NCBI RefSeq assembly: GCF_006345805.1
Contig: NC_042998.1
Location: 92,070,001 to 92,134,000, forward strand
Length of the DNA stretch: 64,000 nucleotides
From: Octopus sinensis
Lineage: Eukaryota
Direction of reading: 5' to 3'
This document shows positions 12,153-26,117 of the stretch, in pieces. The position numbers were made by a program, and so were the translations under genes. Under the pieces are notes generated by a model that was not told the origin of the DNA, searched no databases, and worked only from the letters and a program-made list of their open reading frames with translations. Positions within the stretch are counted from its first letter, which is position 1, and each line of letters begins with the position of its first letter.

Positions 12153-12216
<64 letters not shown>

Positions 12217-12261
12217 CAACACACATGTATTCATACATGCCTATACCAGTGTTTACCACCA

Positions 12262-12618
12262 ATCCGACTTTATTTCCTCATAACTTTCAGGAAACAGCTA
12301 TTTTTTAATGAAATTTTCTACAAATACCTTTCAGATGATATGGATTGTGATTAAATCGAATTTAATGTAAAGGAATAAATGGTGGGTGCGTACACAGACA
12401 TACTGATCCACATAACATAAGGTTTTCAAAATTTCATGTTTCAGTCTGTAGATTTAAATGCGACGTGTCAGTATGTATGTGTTCCCACCCACTATTTTTG
12501 TTTTCCTCATTAAATTCTGATGTAGTCATAGTCTACACCATCTGAAAGACATTTGTAGAGAATTTTATTAAAAATACCCGTTTCTCTTAAAGTTATGAGG
12601 AAACAAAGTTGGCGAGGT
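12262..12618. mobile_element. Old fold-back MITE-like element with ~125-bp imperfect inverted arms
   Basis: ACTTTATTTCCTCATAACTTT..CTACAAATACCTTTCAGATG..GGTGGG (12268-12386) is mirrored by CCCACC..CATCTGAAAGACATTTGTAG..AAAGTTATGAGGAAACAAAGT (12484-12609). Confidence 0.7.
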
Positions 12619-12740
12619 GCACACTAAAGACCAAGGATGCCAGAAATGCAAAGACGACTAATTGCGAGTTTAAAAATGCCTGAGTCCAAATACAAATAGA
12701 AGGAAATATGCGAAAGCAGAATTCCTTTGATTAGATGTTA

Positions 12741-14003
12741 CAATGGTAAAGTGAAAGTTCATAGGCTGACCAAGATACTCTCATGGAATGTGACCAAATG
12801 AGGTTTATTTTTCGACACTGTCCCCCTTGCAGTCCACACACTTCTTCCATTGGTGTTGCAGTGCCTAGGTCCTATTGGTGAAGAGGCTTTCATCCCGTTG
12901 GTCAAAAAAATGGCCTCAACAGCAGATATGACATCATCATCACTGCAATACTGGTTCTCAGCCAAGTATTGTTTCATGTTGGGGGAAATGAGGAGAATAG
13001 GGAGGGTGACCAACCAGTTCAAAGCTACAGTCACACACTGCAGCAAAAACAAAGGATGTGTGCTGGAGTTTTGTTCTGCTGAAACAAGATCCCTTTCATC
13101 AGTTTTCTGAGGCGTTTGTTCTTGATAGCTTTATGTAATTGCCACAGCAAGCTGGTAAAATACTCTCTATTGATGGTGTGACCCTTTTGAAGATAGTCAA
13201 TAAACATGATATCTTCCCTGAAGATGAAATGTTATCACCTACTCTGCAGATGAAATGACTTTGGCCTTCTTTGGAGTAGGTGAGGAAGTGTGAAACCACT
13301 GTATGGATTGTCTCATTGTTTTGGGCTCAAAGTGATAAAGCCAACACACATCCTGGGTTATGAAACATTCAAGGAAGTCAGCTGGATCTGCCTCAAATAA
13401 TGTCAGATCTTTCTGCGATGTGATCAGCCTGGTGTGCTTTTGATCAAATGCCAGAAGACATGACACTCACTGAGCAGAAACCTTCATCATACCAAGTTAT
13501 TGTGTAGAATATTCTCAACTCTCTCATGGAATAAGCTAATAGCATTGGCTATTTGATTTATAGCCAATTGCTTATCATCTATCAGCACGCAGTGAACACA
13601 ATCAATGTTTACCTCAATAGTGGCAGCTGCAGGACATCCAGACCTTGGGTCATCTTCAAGACTCTCCCTTCCCTCCTAGATTCATCTGCCCACTTTTGCA
13701 CTGTTGATAAAACTAGAGTGTCCATCCCCTAGTGTAGCAACCAGGTCAGCATGAATGTCACTGGGGGCTAAAGCCTTTTTTCTTCAGGTACTCGATAACA
13801 CCATTATACCAAATTTTGTCAATTTCAAGAGAAATTGCTACTAGTTACTTTTGAAGTGTTATTTGAATAGTCAGATGTCCAGTTTACCTTGAAAGAAACA
13901 TCACAATTATTTATAAGAAGAATTGAAATTAATGCATGCAAGATTTCACAGTTCTAGCATCACTCCTTGATAATCAACCTATAAACATTTCATCCCATCC
14001 TTG
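12741..14003 (-). mobile_element. Decayed full-length mariner transposon
   Basis: Minus-strand fragments FLECFITQDVCWLYHFEP, SSPTPKKAKVISSA, PNMKQYLAENQYCSDDDVISAV; degenerate TIRs with TA at both ends (..GAAAGTTCATAGGCTGA vs ..GAAATGTTTATAGGTTGA). Confidence 0.85.
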
Positions 14004-15519
14004 TATATATCATTGCATGTGTGAGTTCTAGCTTCAGACAAGACTCATTGTGTTAATAGCTGTTCTAGCTAAAGTTAACCTCAAGTGGCTGAGTTGAAGA
14101 GTGCAACTCAATAGTTGTTGCTGCTGTTGCTGTTGTTGTTGTTGTTGCTGTTGTTAAGCAACAAAATGGTTAAGGGTGATTAGGTGATGGTCTAGAGCTT
14201 AGGGGTGGGAGACCCCAGACCTTAGAAGAAAAAACAAACTTTGGTCGTCTTGTAGTTGAGGGCTCTTTGTTGACGCCTGATACCACTGGGAGGTGGCCCT
14301 CGAAGTCACTGGAAATGGAGATCTCCAGTCCAAATTCTTGGGCGGCTGCTGTTGCTGTTGGCCATCCTGCTCAATGTTTTGTTGTGTTAAATAATATTTT
14401 CATGTTTCAAGCACCTTAACACCTTAACTGCTAAATGACTGTCTTTGTTTTTATAATCTTCATTAAAACGATGAGCCATGAAATAGAATGGTCAACTAGA
14501 CACAACTGATTGTCTGAATTATAAACTCTAAAAACTTTTCTTTTAGGCTAGGTAAACAAGCAAAAAGTACAAAAATACCTCTCTTCTTCTACAGAATTTT
14601 ATAGATATGATGAAAATTCTAGCCAATGAACAATAAATTTAGTTTTCAGATCTGGCCAGAATATCAGATACATTATTCTCCATGCAGAAAGATTGCTCTA
14701 AACAATGAACAAAATAAGGATATAAGAGTAGTCTTACAAATAAAGGAATAGTAAATGAGATGATCGGGTTTAAATGTATATACTTGATACATGCAAAACA
14801 AAGATAGCAGATAGCATGAGAAGTCTTGCTGGATATGCCGAGCCAAATAGCAAACCAAACTTTCCCAACATTTTATCATGACCAAAGTGAAACCATATAG
14901 ATTGAAAGTTATATAGGAATTGGTTAACAGCTGGTTGAAATGACAGAAGAAGTGTAGCATGTGTTCTTAATGGAAGTGTCAATCAAAGATGATGGGTGAT
15001 ATTAGCCATTTTGATTGAGATAAGTAATGTAGTGAGTTGACATGACCAAGGTCTCATAGAAAGTGAAGCAGTACTAGTATAACTGTAGCTAGAAGCAGCC
15101 TCTATTAGAAGTGTTGTCAGGAGTTTGAGCTTAACTCTTAAATGACAAGAAAGAATTACATGAATGTATGTACAAAACGGATAAAAAAACAAAAAAAAAT
15201 CTTTTATTCTTTAGGATAATTTTTTATATTTATTTTCACTTTAAACTAGTTGAAAAGGGCTGTAAAATATTCGTTTTTCTTTGGATCTGGCATGAGTATA
15301 AATTCATTTGAGATACCTACGTTGTTGTCAAACAAATGTACAAAAGAAGAAAAATTGGGGAATTTTTTTCCATCCAGAGCTTGTTGAAGCATCTGTTTCT
15401 TCTGTGCTATCTAGGACTTCATTATCATCATCTTCTTCATGAGGGAAAGTCAGAAAAACAACTTGTGCATCGATGTATAAATCTTCCATTTGCCACTTGA
15501 TATCTCTCAATGATAAGGG

Positions 15520-15744
15520 TGTAGGGCACTACCCAAGAATTTATGACAGATGGACTGTAGACAAGAACATCACTGCAGGGAAGCTGGTTTGCACTGAAGT
15601 TGAGTGGGCTTCCAGTTAAGTGGGCTTTTAGAAGCAAGAGTTGATTGACAGCTGTCACCCTCATGAGTTCAACTATATAAATCTTTCACTAACATATTTT
15701 GGGTCTCTGTTAATTTTTGTGTGTATAGCTTAACTAAAGCTATA
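15520..15744 (+). repeat. 5' LTR
   Basis: TGTAGG..AACTAAAGCTATA, a diverged direct repeat of 18834-19062. Confidence 0.92.
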
Positions 15745-15746
15745 AC

Positions 15747-15760
15747 TGGTGATCCCACAG
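15747..15760 (+). promoter_or_regulatory. Primer-binding site, probably tRNA-Trp (degenerate)
   Basis: TGGTGATCCC lies 2 nt after the 5' LTR and resembles TGGTGACCCC, the complement of the tRNA-Trp 3' end. Confidence 0.6.
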
Positions 15761-18700
15761 AAGAACAACAGTTTTCGTTTCATACATCAAAGTAAACAGA
15801 AAATCAAAGAAACATGGCAAGCAGTCACACAACAGCATCGAAGCTACCACAATTCTGGTTAAACTATGGAACTAGATGAGGGCATGGCAATGAGGATGCT
15901 GGACATTTTAACCCAACCCCAAGTAACTCACAAATATAAACATGGGCATTCACTATTGCCAATATCCATCAGCCCATTATCGGGGCAGACTTTCTTTGAG
16001 CACACTTGCTACTGGTTGATTTGCAGAGGAGACGACTCATTAACAGTAACACATACACTTTCGTGTCTCTGCAACATCTGCATATCCCCCCACCCTGCAT
16101 AGCAACCGTTTCTCAGACTGAGAACAAATTCTTGAATCTCCTTGCAAGTCACCCCAACCTCACTTCCCTAACATTCTCCAAACCGACAGCCCACCATGGA
16201 GTGACACACCACATCCTCACCATTCACCCCCCAACCCAGTGCACAGCCATGTACATCATCTATCACCAGACAAACTTGCTATCACAAAGGCCGAGTTTGA
16301 CAATATAGAGGCACTGGGCATAGTTCATCAATCAAGCAGTCCCTGGTTGTCATCCTTGCATGTGGCAAATCCCAACTGAGATTGGTGACCTTGTAGAGAT
16401 CACCACCATCTCAGCATAGACACAACACCCAACCACTACCTCATTCTGCACATACAGGACTTCTCAGCTCACCTAGCCAGGTGCTTGATTTACTCAAAGG
16501 TCGACCTCGTCCGAGGTTACCACCAAATACCAATACAAGATGACGATGTACCTAAAACTACTGAGATCACTCTTTTCAGGCTGTATGAATTCCTACATAC
16601 ACCCTTTGGCCTGAGAAATGCAGCATAATCCTTCCAACACATGATGGACACTGTGTAAAGAGGTCTTGATTTTGTCTTTGCGTACTTAGATGATATCCTT
16701 ATCACAAACCAAAATGCAGAGCTACACAAGAACCACCTGGTGACTCTTTTTGATAGACTGGAACAGTATGGTCATATAATCAACTCTGTCAGTGTGTTTT
16801 TGGTGTTACAGAAATCGACTTCGTGGGACATCGAATCACAGGTGCTGGTGCTATACCCCTACCAGGAAAAGTGAAAGCTATTTCATCCTTTCGACAGCCC
16901 ATCACAAGCAAGGCTCTACACCAATTTCTGAGCATGGTAAACTTTTACCATTGCTTCATCCCTTCTGCAGCAAGAGTGATGAGCAAGTTACTATCAAAAG
17001 ATCATTCAAATAGACAAGTGGCGTGGGATGGTGCAATGACCTCAGCCTTCAAATCCACAAAACAAGTCCTGGCTAAAGCACACATGCTGTCCCATCCTCA
17101 TATGTCAACTTGGACTGCATTCACAGCCGATGCCTCCAGCACAGCCATTGGGGGCATTTTGGAGCAATGCATCAATGGTCAGTGGTGACCACTTGCCTAC
17201 TTCAGTTGACAACTATGACCTCCTGAACAGAAATACAGTGCTTTTGACAAGGAACTGCTGGCTGTCCATCAAAGTATCCGCCACTTTCGCTATTCTGTTG
17301 AAGGCTGCACGTTTACAGTGTTCATAAACTACAAACCATTCATCATTGCTATGAGCAAGCTCTCAGAGCATTAGTCTGCATACCAGCAACAACAGCTATT
17401 GACCATTTCTGAGTACACCATGGACATCCAACACATAGCTGGAAAAGGCAACTGAGTTGCCAACACACCCTCTTGTGCCCCTATCTGCTCTTACTCCAAC
17501 CTAACCCCAATAATGGAAGGCCTGGATTACAAGGCTATGGCTGCAGCCCAACAGACAGATGACAAGATCAGGGCCTACTGTACTGCCATCACATCACTTT
17601 CCTATGCTCTTTGGCTCCAATGGCACAACTCTACTCTGTGATGTATCCACTGGAAAGCCATGACTGACTGTCCCATTAGCCTGGTGCAGGAAGGTTTTTG
17701 ACATCATTCATGGACTGTCCCACCCAGGTGCTAGAGCCATATGGTGCCTGATGTCAAGCAAATTTATTTGACATGGAATGGCCAAGCAAATTGATGAGTA
17801 GACCAAGACCTGCCTCTCCTGTCAAGAAGCCAAGTTCCATCAGCACACCAAAGTACCCCTCAGCAACTATGAACCACCCATTTCAGCCACGTCAACATTG
17901 ACCTTGTTGGTCCCTACCACCTTCACAAGGTTGTTTGTACCTACTGACCTTGGTAGACTGCTACACTCTTTGGGCTGAAGCTATCCCTCTCCGAAGCACA
18001 AAAACATAAGAAGTCAGCCAGAACTTCATCACAAACTGGGATGCCTGTTTTGGTGTTCCAGACAGCATCTCATCTGATCGGGGTCCACAATTTATCTCAA
18101 AATTGTAGAATGACATGTGTAATCTTTTTGGAATTACAATGAAGTGCACAACAGCCTACCATCCACAGGCCAACAGGTTAGTGGAGAAACATCACTACCG
18201 CCTGAAGGAATCCTTGGCAACCAGACTTAACAGGCCCAATTGGATTGATTAACTTCCATGGGTGATGCTAGGAATCTGCACTGCCCCAAAGGAAAATCTT
18301 GACATTCCTTCCACGAAAATGGTGTATGGTACCCCTCTTACAGTGCCACAAAAGTTCCTTCCAAACACAAAATCAGACTCAGATATCAAAAGGTACCTTG
18401 TGCAACTGAGAGACAGTGTGAGCCAGTTGTGCCCTATTCCCATGTCAACACATGGTACACCTAGATCATCCATACCAAATGACCTTCACATGGATAGCTT
18501 CATGTTTGTTCGGTGTGACACCTGATGAAAACCCCCTCCAGTCACCCTACGATGGCCCATATGAAGTCATATTTCCTAGAAACAAATCATTCCAATTCCT
18601 AATTGGTGGACAGCAAGACACAGTTTACATTGATAGGTTGAAACTGGCTCATCTCGATATTGACAGACCTGTGTAAATAGCCCAACCACTGAACAAGGGC

Positions 18701-18833
18701 TGCCCCAGGCAAATCACACCAACCCTTGACAAGGAACAGTCTCCAAAGAGCTGAGTAACCATACGCATAGGCAGGGCAGTTACTACACTTTCCTGACTCC
18801 AATGACAGTCAAGAGTTCTGTGGGAGAGCTATA

Positions 18834-19062
18834 TGTAGGACATTGCCCAAGGATTTATGACAGATGAACTGTAGACAGGAACTTCGCTGTGGGCTAGCTA
18901 GGGAGCTGGTCTGTGGTGAAGCTTACTTCCAGTTAAGCGGGCTTTTATGAAGCAGGAGTTGATTGGTAGCTGTCACCCTCATGTCCTCAACTATATAAAT
19001 CTTTCACTAACACATTCTGGGTCTCTGTTAATTATTTTGTGTACAGCTTAACTAAAGCTATA
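18834..19062 (+). repeat. 3' LTR, preceded by a degenerate polypurine tract
   Basis: Repeat of 15520-15744; GTGGGAGAG at ~18820-18828. Confidence 0.92.
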
Positions 19063-20569
19063 AGGGTTACTTACACCTAGGTGCATTTGATGAATAACTA
19101 CCTGGGAATCAATTGATGATGGCTGTATTCATGTAAAATTTTTGAAATATCAGTTGAGGATGTCCATTGTTTGTGGGTTCACATTAAAACATACTTAAAA
19201 CTGGAGATTAACTGCTAATATATGAAGGCATATACTTGTATGTATATTGTAGTAGCATTGTACAAGCTTATATAGAAAACTGATAAAAGAAAATCACAGA
19301 CGCATTGCAGCATTGGCCATATCCCAAGAAAACAAATTGCACCTATGCCAAAGAATGAAAAGTGGAAATCCAACTGAGTTATAGGGTAATGGGACTGAAT
19401 GAAAAAGGATGGTGAGTCAGCAAAAAAAAAACAAAAAAAAACAAAAAAATAAAGCACCATATAAACACGAACCAGATGCAAATGAGAGTTTCATGGATTT
19501 ATGCACTAAATGAAAGAGAGATGTGAGATGTGTTCACCAGTTACAAGAGGGGATGTCTACTGGAATTGAATGTAGCATGAAATTTCATACAAGTGGGTCT
19601 ATAGAAAGGTGAAATATATGTTTCACATGAATGCTAAGTTGCAGGGTAAGGGTGAAAATTTTAGACTGTAAAATGCCAGGTGTTGTGCTTGTATACTTAT
19701 CAATACATATGAGGTTGGGTGCACAAAAATAAAGCAAAAATCAAATACCAGAGAAATCTATCCAGGAGAAACAGGTATGTAAATTACTGAATGACAGTCT
19801 AGGAAGGAACATGTTGAATCAAGTAAAAAGATTTCAATGATTAAAAACAACTGAAAAAGAAAAAGGAAATCAGTGCAAACATTTGGCAAAAATTAATGAA
19901 ATGTAAACAAAAGATAAAAATCTCTCCAATACATAGTCCTGTAGGCAATGAGGCATTTAACATCTTTCAGTTTTTCAAAAATGGTGGAAACATAACCAGC
20001 AGAGGTGTTTTCTTTGTCAATGATTTTTGAAACTTCAGGCAACATGTGAATGATAAATGATAAAGAATAATTTTCAACTGTATCCTTTGGGTAACTGGCA
20101 TTGTATTTTGTTGAGTCACCAACTATAATGTGTTCAGAAATTAAATAGCATTTAGATTTGTCCAAAAGTAAGGGTTCACTATTTCTAATTATAAAAGCTG
20201 AAGATTCTGTTCAAATGTTGCTTTGATTACCAATTAAGAGTTATGGTTATATGTTGTTGAGAATAAGAATGTGGGAGTGTTTTTGAAGACTAATAGACAA
20301 GTGTTTTTAGAACATAAAGTTTATATTAAATGCTAAAAAGTGTGTTTAGTGTGTTGTTTAGTCATAAATTCTTTGTTAGTAGTTCACAATATTAGAGAGG
20401 CTATAAGATATGAAGACAGTAATGACCACATTAATATTGAGTTTCCATATATTTTATTAACCCACATTGTTTATATTTACAAGTGTACATGTAGTTAATT
20501 TAATAGAATAACATTCATGAAACAAACATAATGATTAGGAATTTTCTGTAACATATGTTAGATAATATT

Positions 20570-20792
20570 TTTCTCAACTCTAGATACAAGGCCTGGAATA
20601 TTTTTTGGTGGGGGTGGGGGGGGCAGTCAATTAGATCGACCCCAGTATGCAATTGGTATTTAATTTATCTACCCTGAAGGGATGAAAAGCAAAGTCAACC
20701 TTGGTGGAATTTGATCTCAGAAAGTAAAGACAGACAAAATACCATTGAGCATTTTGCCCGGCATACTAATGTTTCTGCCAGCTCGCCACCTT
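20570..20792 (-). mobile_element. tRNA-derived SINE, family A
   Basis: Minus strand begins AAGGTGGCGAGCTGGCAGAA; cleaner copies have the B-box-like GAGTTCAAATTCC. Further copies at ~21195-21410, 34235-34442, 34870-35075, 35110-35245, 40870-41078, 41090-41370, 41455-41640, 42552-42768, 46265-46465 and 51985-52130. Confidence 0.85.
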
Positions 20793-22096
20793 GTATGTTA
20801 GATAATATTATGCAAATAATGTTGTTGTTGCTACTGCTATTACCATTGCTACCCTCCTATGCTGGGCAATGGTGAAGTGTCTCAGATATCGTTTTTTGTT
20901 TTAATAATCATCATTGTAAAGGAGAGACATGAAATAGAAGGGTCAAATTGACACAATTGATTTGTTTAACTGGACTTGCTGAAAAACTTTTGTTGGTCGG
21001 CTAATAAACAAACAAGAAACAATGCACACCCAAGGATTCTGAATATCGAGTTTTGAATCTAGCCAGATCCTGCTACATTATAGACAATGTACAGCAAGAG
21101 TTAAATACATGATACTCTATTGTGTTAATCAGATTATATATGCAACAGCAACAGGATGAACTCAAGATACAGTCACTGCTCTGCATGACATTCCTTTCAA
21201 CTCTAGGCACAAGGCCCCCAAATTTTTTCTTGGGGGTGGGTAGTCAATTAGATCAACCTCAGTATGCAACTGGTACTTAATTTATTGACCACCGAAAGGA
21301 TGAAAGGCAAAGTCAACCTTGGAGGAATTTGAACTCAGAACGTAAAGACAGACAAAATACTGCTAAGCATTTCACCCGGCATGCTAGCATTTCTGCCAGC
21401 TCACCGCCTTAGTGTTGTAACAATATTACAAGATGAAACTTGAGAACAAAGTGTTACATGGTGAGAAAATACAAATATGTGAGCTGCTGACAGAATGAAA
21501 AAATAAAACAAAAGGTGATAGAAATATCAGAAATATTATAATGATGAGAATATGAGGTGGGTATGACTTGACCATTTTCTAAAACAAATACTGCTTCAGA
21601 AAATGATATATTACATTAAATCCCTATGGAGAATTTCCTGTCATATCTCAATTTTGTAGAGCAGAGTATTTTCTTGTGAAGTCTACAAATGGCTTAATAA
21701 CAGTGTAAAGTTCAGTTTCCTCAATAGTGATGTTTTCAAGAATTTCCGAAATAATTTATGAGCCAGCCAGATAGATCATCCTCGTTTCGCCAATTTAAAT
21801 ATTAGATCTTACAAGTTGTCACTAAGATTATAATTTAAACTGTCATCATTCAGTTTAATGCCCACTTCATGGAATTTGTTGAGATAGATTTTCTATAGCC
21901 AAGTGCAATGCTTGTTACCAACTCTCACCTGTTTTCAAGTAAGGTAATATTTTCCCAGGACCAGACATGTTTTCACAGAAGATTGGAAATGAAAGACACT
22001 GCCTGCATCGTGATAACACTCATTTACTACTATGATACAACGTCAAGGTAAGGATGCAGTATCATGTATGTACACACATGCATGCACATACACATG

Positions 22097-22127
<31 letters not shown>

Positions 22128-22584
22128 ACACACACACACACACATACACAAACACTGATACATAGGCTTCAGCTTCTGTCCACCAAATGCACTCACAAGG
22201 CTTTAGTTGGCCAAAGGTTACAGCAGAAGACACTTGCTTGAGATGTCATACTGCAGGGGTGAACCTGAAACCATGTGGTTGGAAAGCAAGCTCTTTACCA
22301 CACAGCCATGCCTGCACTTGAGCAGAAAATTTCACAGGTCATACCAATTCCCTTACAAATGCTGCAAACAAAGAAGTACAAGATGGGTGCTTGGAGATAT
22401 TATCATCTTCATTTCAGGTACCTTGAAAGAGCTTTCTACAATGCAGTAGAAATGGTGTCAAAATATAGAAAACCTGATTGTATTTTTACTACTGACATAC
22501 AACCCATCATAGTCTACATTAAAATTCCTGGTACAAAATATCTCAGATCATTCTGATCTGGTATCTCAAGTATTCAAATTCAAT

Positions 22585-22812
22585 TTAACCCTTTCATTAC
22601 TGTGTTTATTTTGAGATGTTCTATGTTTCTTTCAATTATTTTAAATATGACAAAGAATTTAGTAAACTAACTAAGTTATCATTAAGTTAGTATTAGGAAC
22701 GTGAATTGTGAATAAGGCTTGGTGGAATATTTTTATTCAAAACTTATGAAAACAAGACATTTTACAACAGAGCCAGAGCCAGTTTTGGCTGGGTTAGTAA
22801 CAAAAGGGTTAG
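22585..22812. mobile_element. piggyBac-type MITE (~225 bp)
   Basis: TTAA-CCCTTT...AAAGGG-TTAG ends; homologous copies at 27412-27632 and 41705-41933, both bounded by TTAA. Confidence 0.75.
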
Positions 22813-25800
22813 ATTCACTATTTGAAGACATAGTAACAAGATTCTGCTTTATATCTGTCCAAGCTTCTGTTATTCCACTGAATTTCAAGACCAAGTACTT
22901 CATGTTTGAATACTCATAATATAACAAAATAAAGATTTTAAATGCTTCCACTGAAAATGATAAAAAATATTTGATGAGATTCTAAATCCATAAAAAGAGC
23001 CAAATCTCTACAACATCTATTATCATTTAGCGTTCACTTTTCCATGTTTGCATGGTCCAGACAGAATTTGTTGAGGTAGATATTCTATAGTTAGATGCCA
23101 TTTCTGTCATCAACTCTCACCAGCTTCCAATTCTCCATTATCAGTCATGATTTTTCACAGATGACTGAAAATAAACAACATCACTTTTATGATTGATGCT
23201 CATTTACTATCATTACATGATAGTAAGACAAGGAAACACACTCACACACACACACATATAGGCATACAACCTGCTTCTTTCAGTTTCCATCAGCCAAATT
23301 CACTCACAAGACTTTGGTCAGCTATAGTAGAAGACATTTTCCCAAGGTGCCACACAATGGAACTGAACCCAAGACCAAATGATTGGGAAGCAAGCTTCTT
23401 AACTATACAGACAACCTGTGCCTATTCAAAAAGAATGACAAATATGTGGAATTTGTAGTGAAGCAAACTCCAGTTCACTTTCTAAAGAGAATAATGAATT
23501 CTTAAAAGTATCTCCCAAAAACTTTAGAAATGGTACAACAGCCTATACAGAGGGTATACCTTCTGTACACTAGTATGTTAAGCTGGTGGTCAAGTTAACA
23601 ATCCAAATATTATACCAGACAACATATATCTTACAACAGGTGCAGCTACCTCATCAGTCCTGAAATTTTCTCATTCTGTGAAATGTATCTTCAGATACAT
23701 ATATAAATTGTGCCCAGGTGCAAATATGAGAATGCAATGTTTTATTCATGAAGAAATTATGCATTACATAAATGGCCATTGTGTCAGTTATCCAAAAGCT
23801 ATTTAGAGGTAGCTGTAATATAAAATGCATGATAGAGCACAATTGTCTCCTATTAATCATGGACATAAACAACCATTTTACTTTCTCAAAGGTGTTGAAA
23901 GAGAACCATTCCAAAATTCCCAAAACAGAAATACCCCTTTTATGACATGCTCCACACTAAATGAAACTGATATCAGGCTTTAAAATTCCTTACTATTGTG
24001 TCTTTGACAAAAGAATAACATAGAAACAGAGAATATATGAAAGAGATAAAATAATCCCTTGAATATATGCAGAAGATCCAAAGGAAACAGATTCTAAAAT
24101 TATTATTATTCCATGTAAAAGGTGCCAAAAGCTTTGAAGACATTTGCACTAATGACTGTGGTATCACAGCACTTACAAAAGTAGTAACTGGAAACTGAAT
24201 TCGGCTAAATAATGATGAAGAATGGGTGTGATGTACATCATAAACAGTAAAAAGTCAGAATACTTCCCTAACTGAGAGGATTTTTTGCTATTAGGTGGCA
24301 ATATGGTTAAGAATATTGCTTTGCATCTTGTAGTTTCAGGTTCAGTCCTACTGTACAGCACATTGGGTGACCAATACCTTGTGAATTGATCAATGGAAAC
24401 TGTAAAGAAGCTAATCATATACATTCATGTACCTATATGAACGTTTATTTGTGTGTTTATGTTTGTCATCTTTATTGCTTGACAACCAATGTTGGTTTGT
24501 TTATGTCTTCATAATTTAGAGGTTCAGTAAAAGAGACCAATAAAATAAGTACCAAACATAAAAATAGATACTGGGGTTGATTTGTTCAACAATATTTCAA
24601 AGTGGTGCCCCAATATGGCTGCAGTTTAATAACTAAAATAAGTAAAACATAAAAGATAAAAGATTATCTCGTACTCTAAACAGACCAGTGATCCTCTTTG
24701 ACAATTTCAGCAGTTTACTTAGGATTCCATAACAGTGGGCAAAACGTGATAAAGCTCACAACTTTGCATGACATGATATTCAAGGAAAACTTATTAACCA
24801 CAGTCTGTATTGTCACAACTTCGAATTACCTGAATGTGAGGATATCAATGAAGTTCATGTGGAGAATACTACTGATGCTGATATTAAAATACAAAGATTA
24901 AATGGACAGCAATGTCACATATTTGACAGTATCATAGAAAGTTTAGATAAGGATGCAGAACATCAACTCTACTTCCTTGATGGCCCCTGGAAGGAGTGGG
25001 GAGGCAAGTAAAACATACCTGCACAACACACTTTCAGGATAACCTATGCTAGCATGGAACATGGATGTTAATGAGGATGATGATGATGATAGTGATAATG
25101 ATGATGATGATGGCAGGAATGTTCTTCCTTAAGCAATAACTGACATTGCTGCTGATATGCTGCAAAATGTCAAGACAGCTTACAGTGGACTTTATATCCC
25201 TGTAGCCACCATTAAAATATCATTATGATCCATGCAAATGTCATCAAAATACCCTTAAAAGATTGTTTTTCTAATGTTACTCTGATGTTCATAGATACAA
25301 TTCCAATGCTTTTTGGGATCACACAACATATAATAGCTATTCTGCTAAAAGCCATAATCAGGATTAGAGAAAAATACTTTTTGGTGGAATCTTTTGTCAA
25401 ACGGTATGTGTAGTACCAAGAGGTTCCAATACCAATATGTACTTATCATTATGGAAGTATGTGAAGTCTCTCAGACTCTCCTTCAGCATGAGATCACATG
25501 GTAACATAACAGTCAACTAGTGGTTGCTGCAGACAGGAAATGATGTAATGAAAATGATTTAGATGCAAACATCTTTGAAATAGTATCAGATGTGATATCA
25601 CAAAAGGTTATATAAGAATTTTCCTTGACAATGTTTATAACGATTACAGTGAATACATTTGAAAGAAAATAATCTCAATATTAAGAGATTTATGAGTCTT
25701 TTGCTAGGTAAAATGACTGAATATGAGAGAGGAGACACCATTGCGGGCAGAGATGATGGGTAAGTTGTGAATGAACACAAAAATTTCAAACCAATTTACT

Positions 25801-26117
25801 CAGCATTAGGAAGGGCATCCAGCCATAGAATCCATGCCAAATTAGACTGGAGTCTGGTGCAGCCTTTCAGCTTGCCAGCCCTGGTCAAACCATCCAACCC
25901 ATGCCAGCATGAACAATGGACGTTAAATGATGATGATGATGATGATGATAATGATGGATTCCCTCCCCATGAGCTAAAAGTAGGTTCAAATATAATGTTG
26001 ATGCATAACCTTAGACCTAGGAAAAATGTAATAGATGGTACTAGACTTATTTTCCAGAGTTTTTGCAAGCCACTGTATAAGTAGAAATTATCATTGGCTA
26101 CAGAAAAGATGAGAATA

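Larger units (their letters stand above)
15520..19062 (+). mobile_element. Gypsy/Ty3 LTR retrotransposon, decayed, with most of gag and the protease deleted
   Basis: LTRs 15520-15744 and 18834-19062; 4-bp TSD AGGG (15516-19 and 19063-66); gag start KLPQFW (~15840); RT YSKVDLVRGYHQIP, PFGLRNA, FAYLDDIL (~16680); RNase H ADASSTAIG, YSAFDKELL; integrase H..C motif, SDRGPQF, TAYHPQAN, PYDGPY. Confidence 0.95.

Noticed and set aside
24960-26050. PIF1 helicase motifs read as a host PIF1 gene
   Set aside because: Collinear with Helitron Rep motifs, full of stops and without exon structure; a transposon relic.
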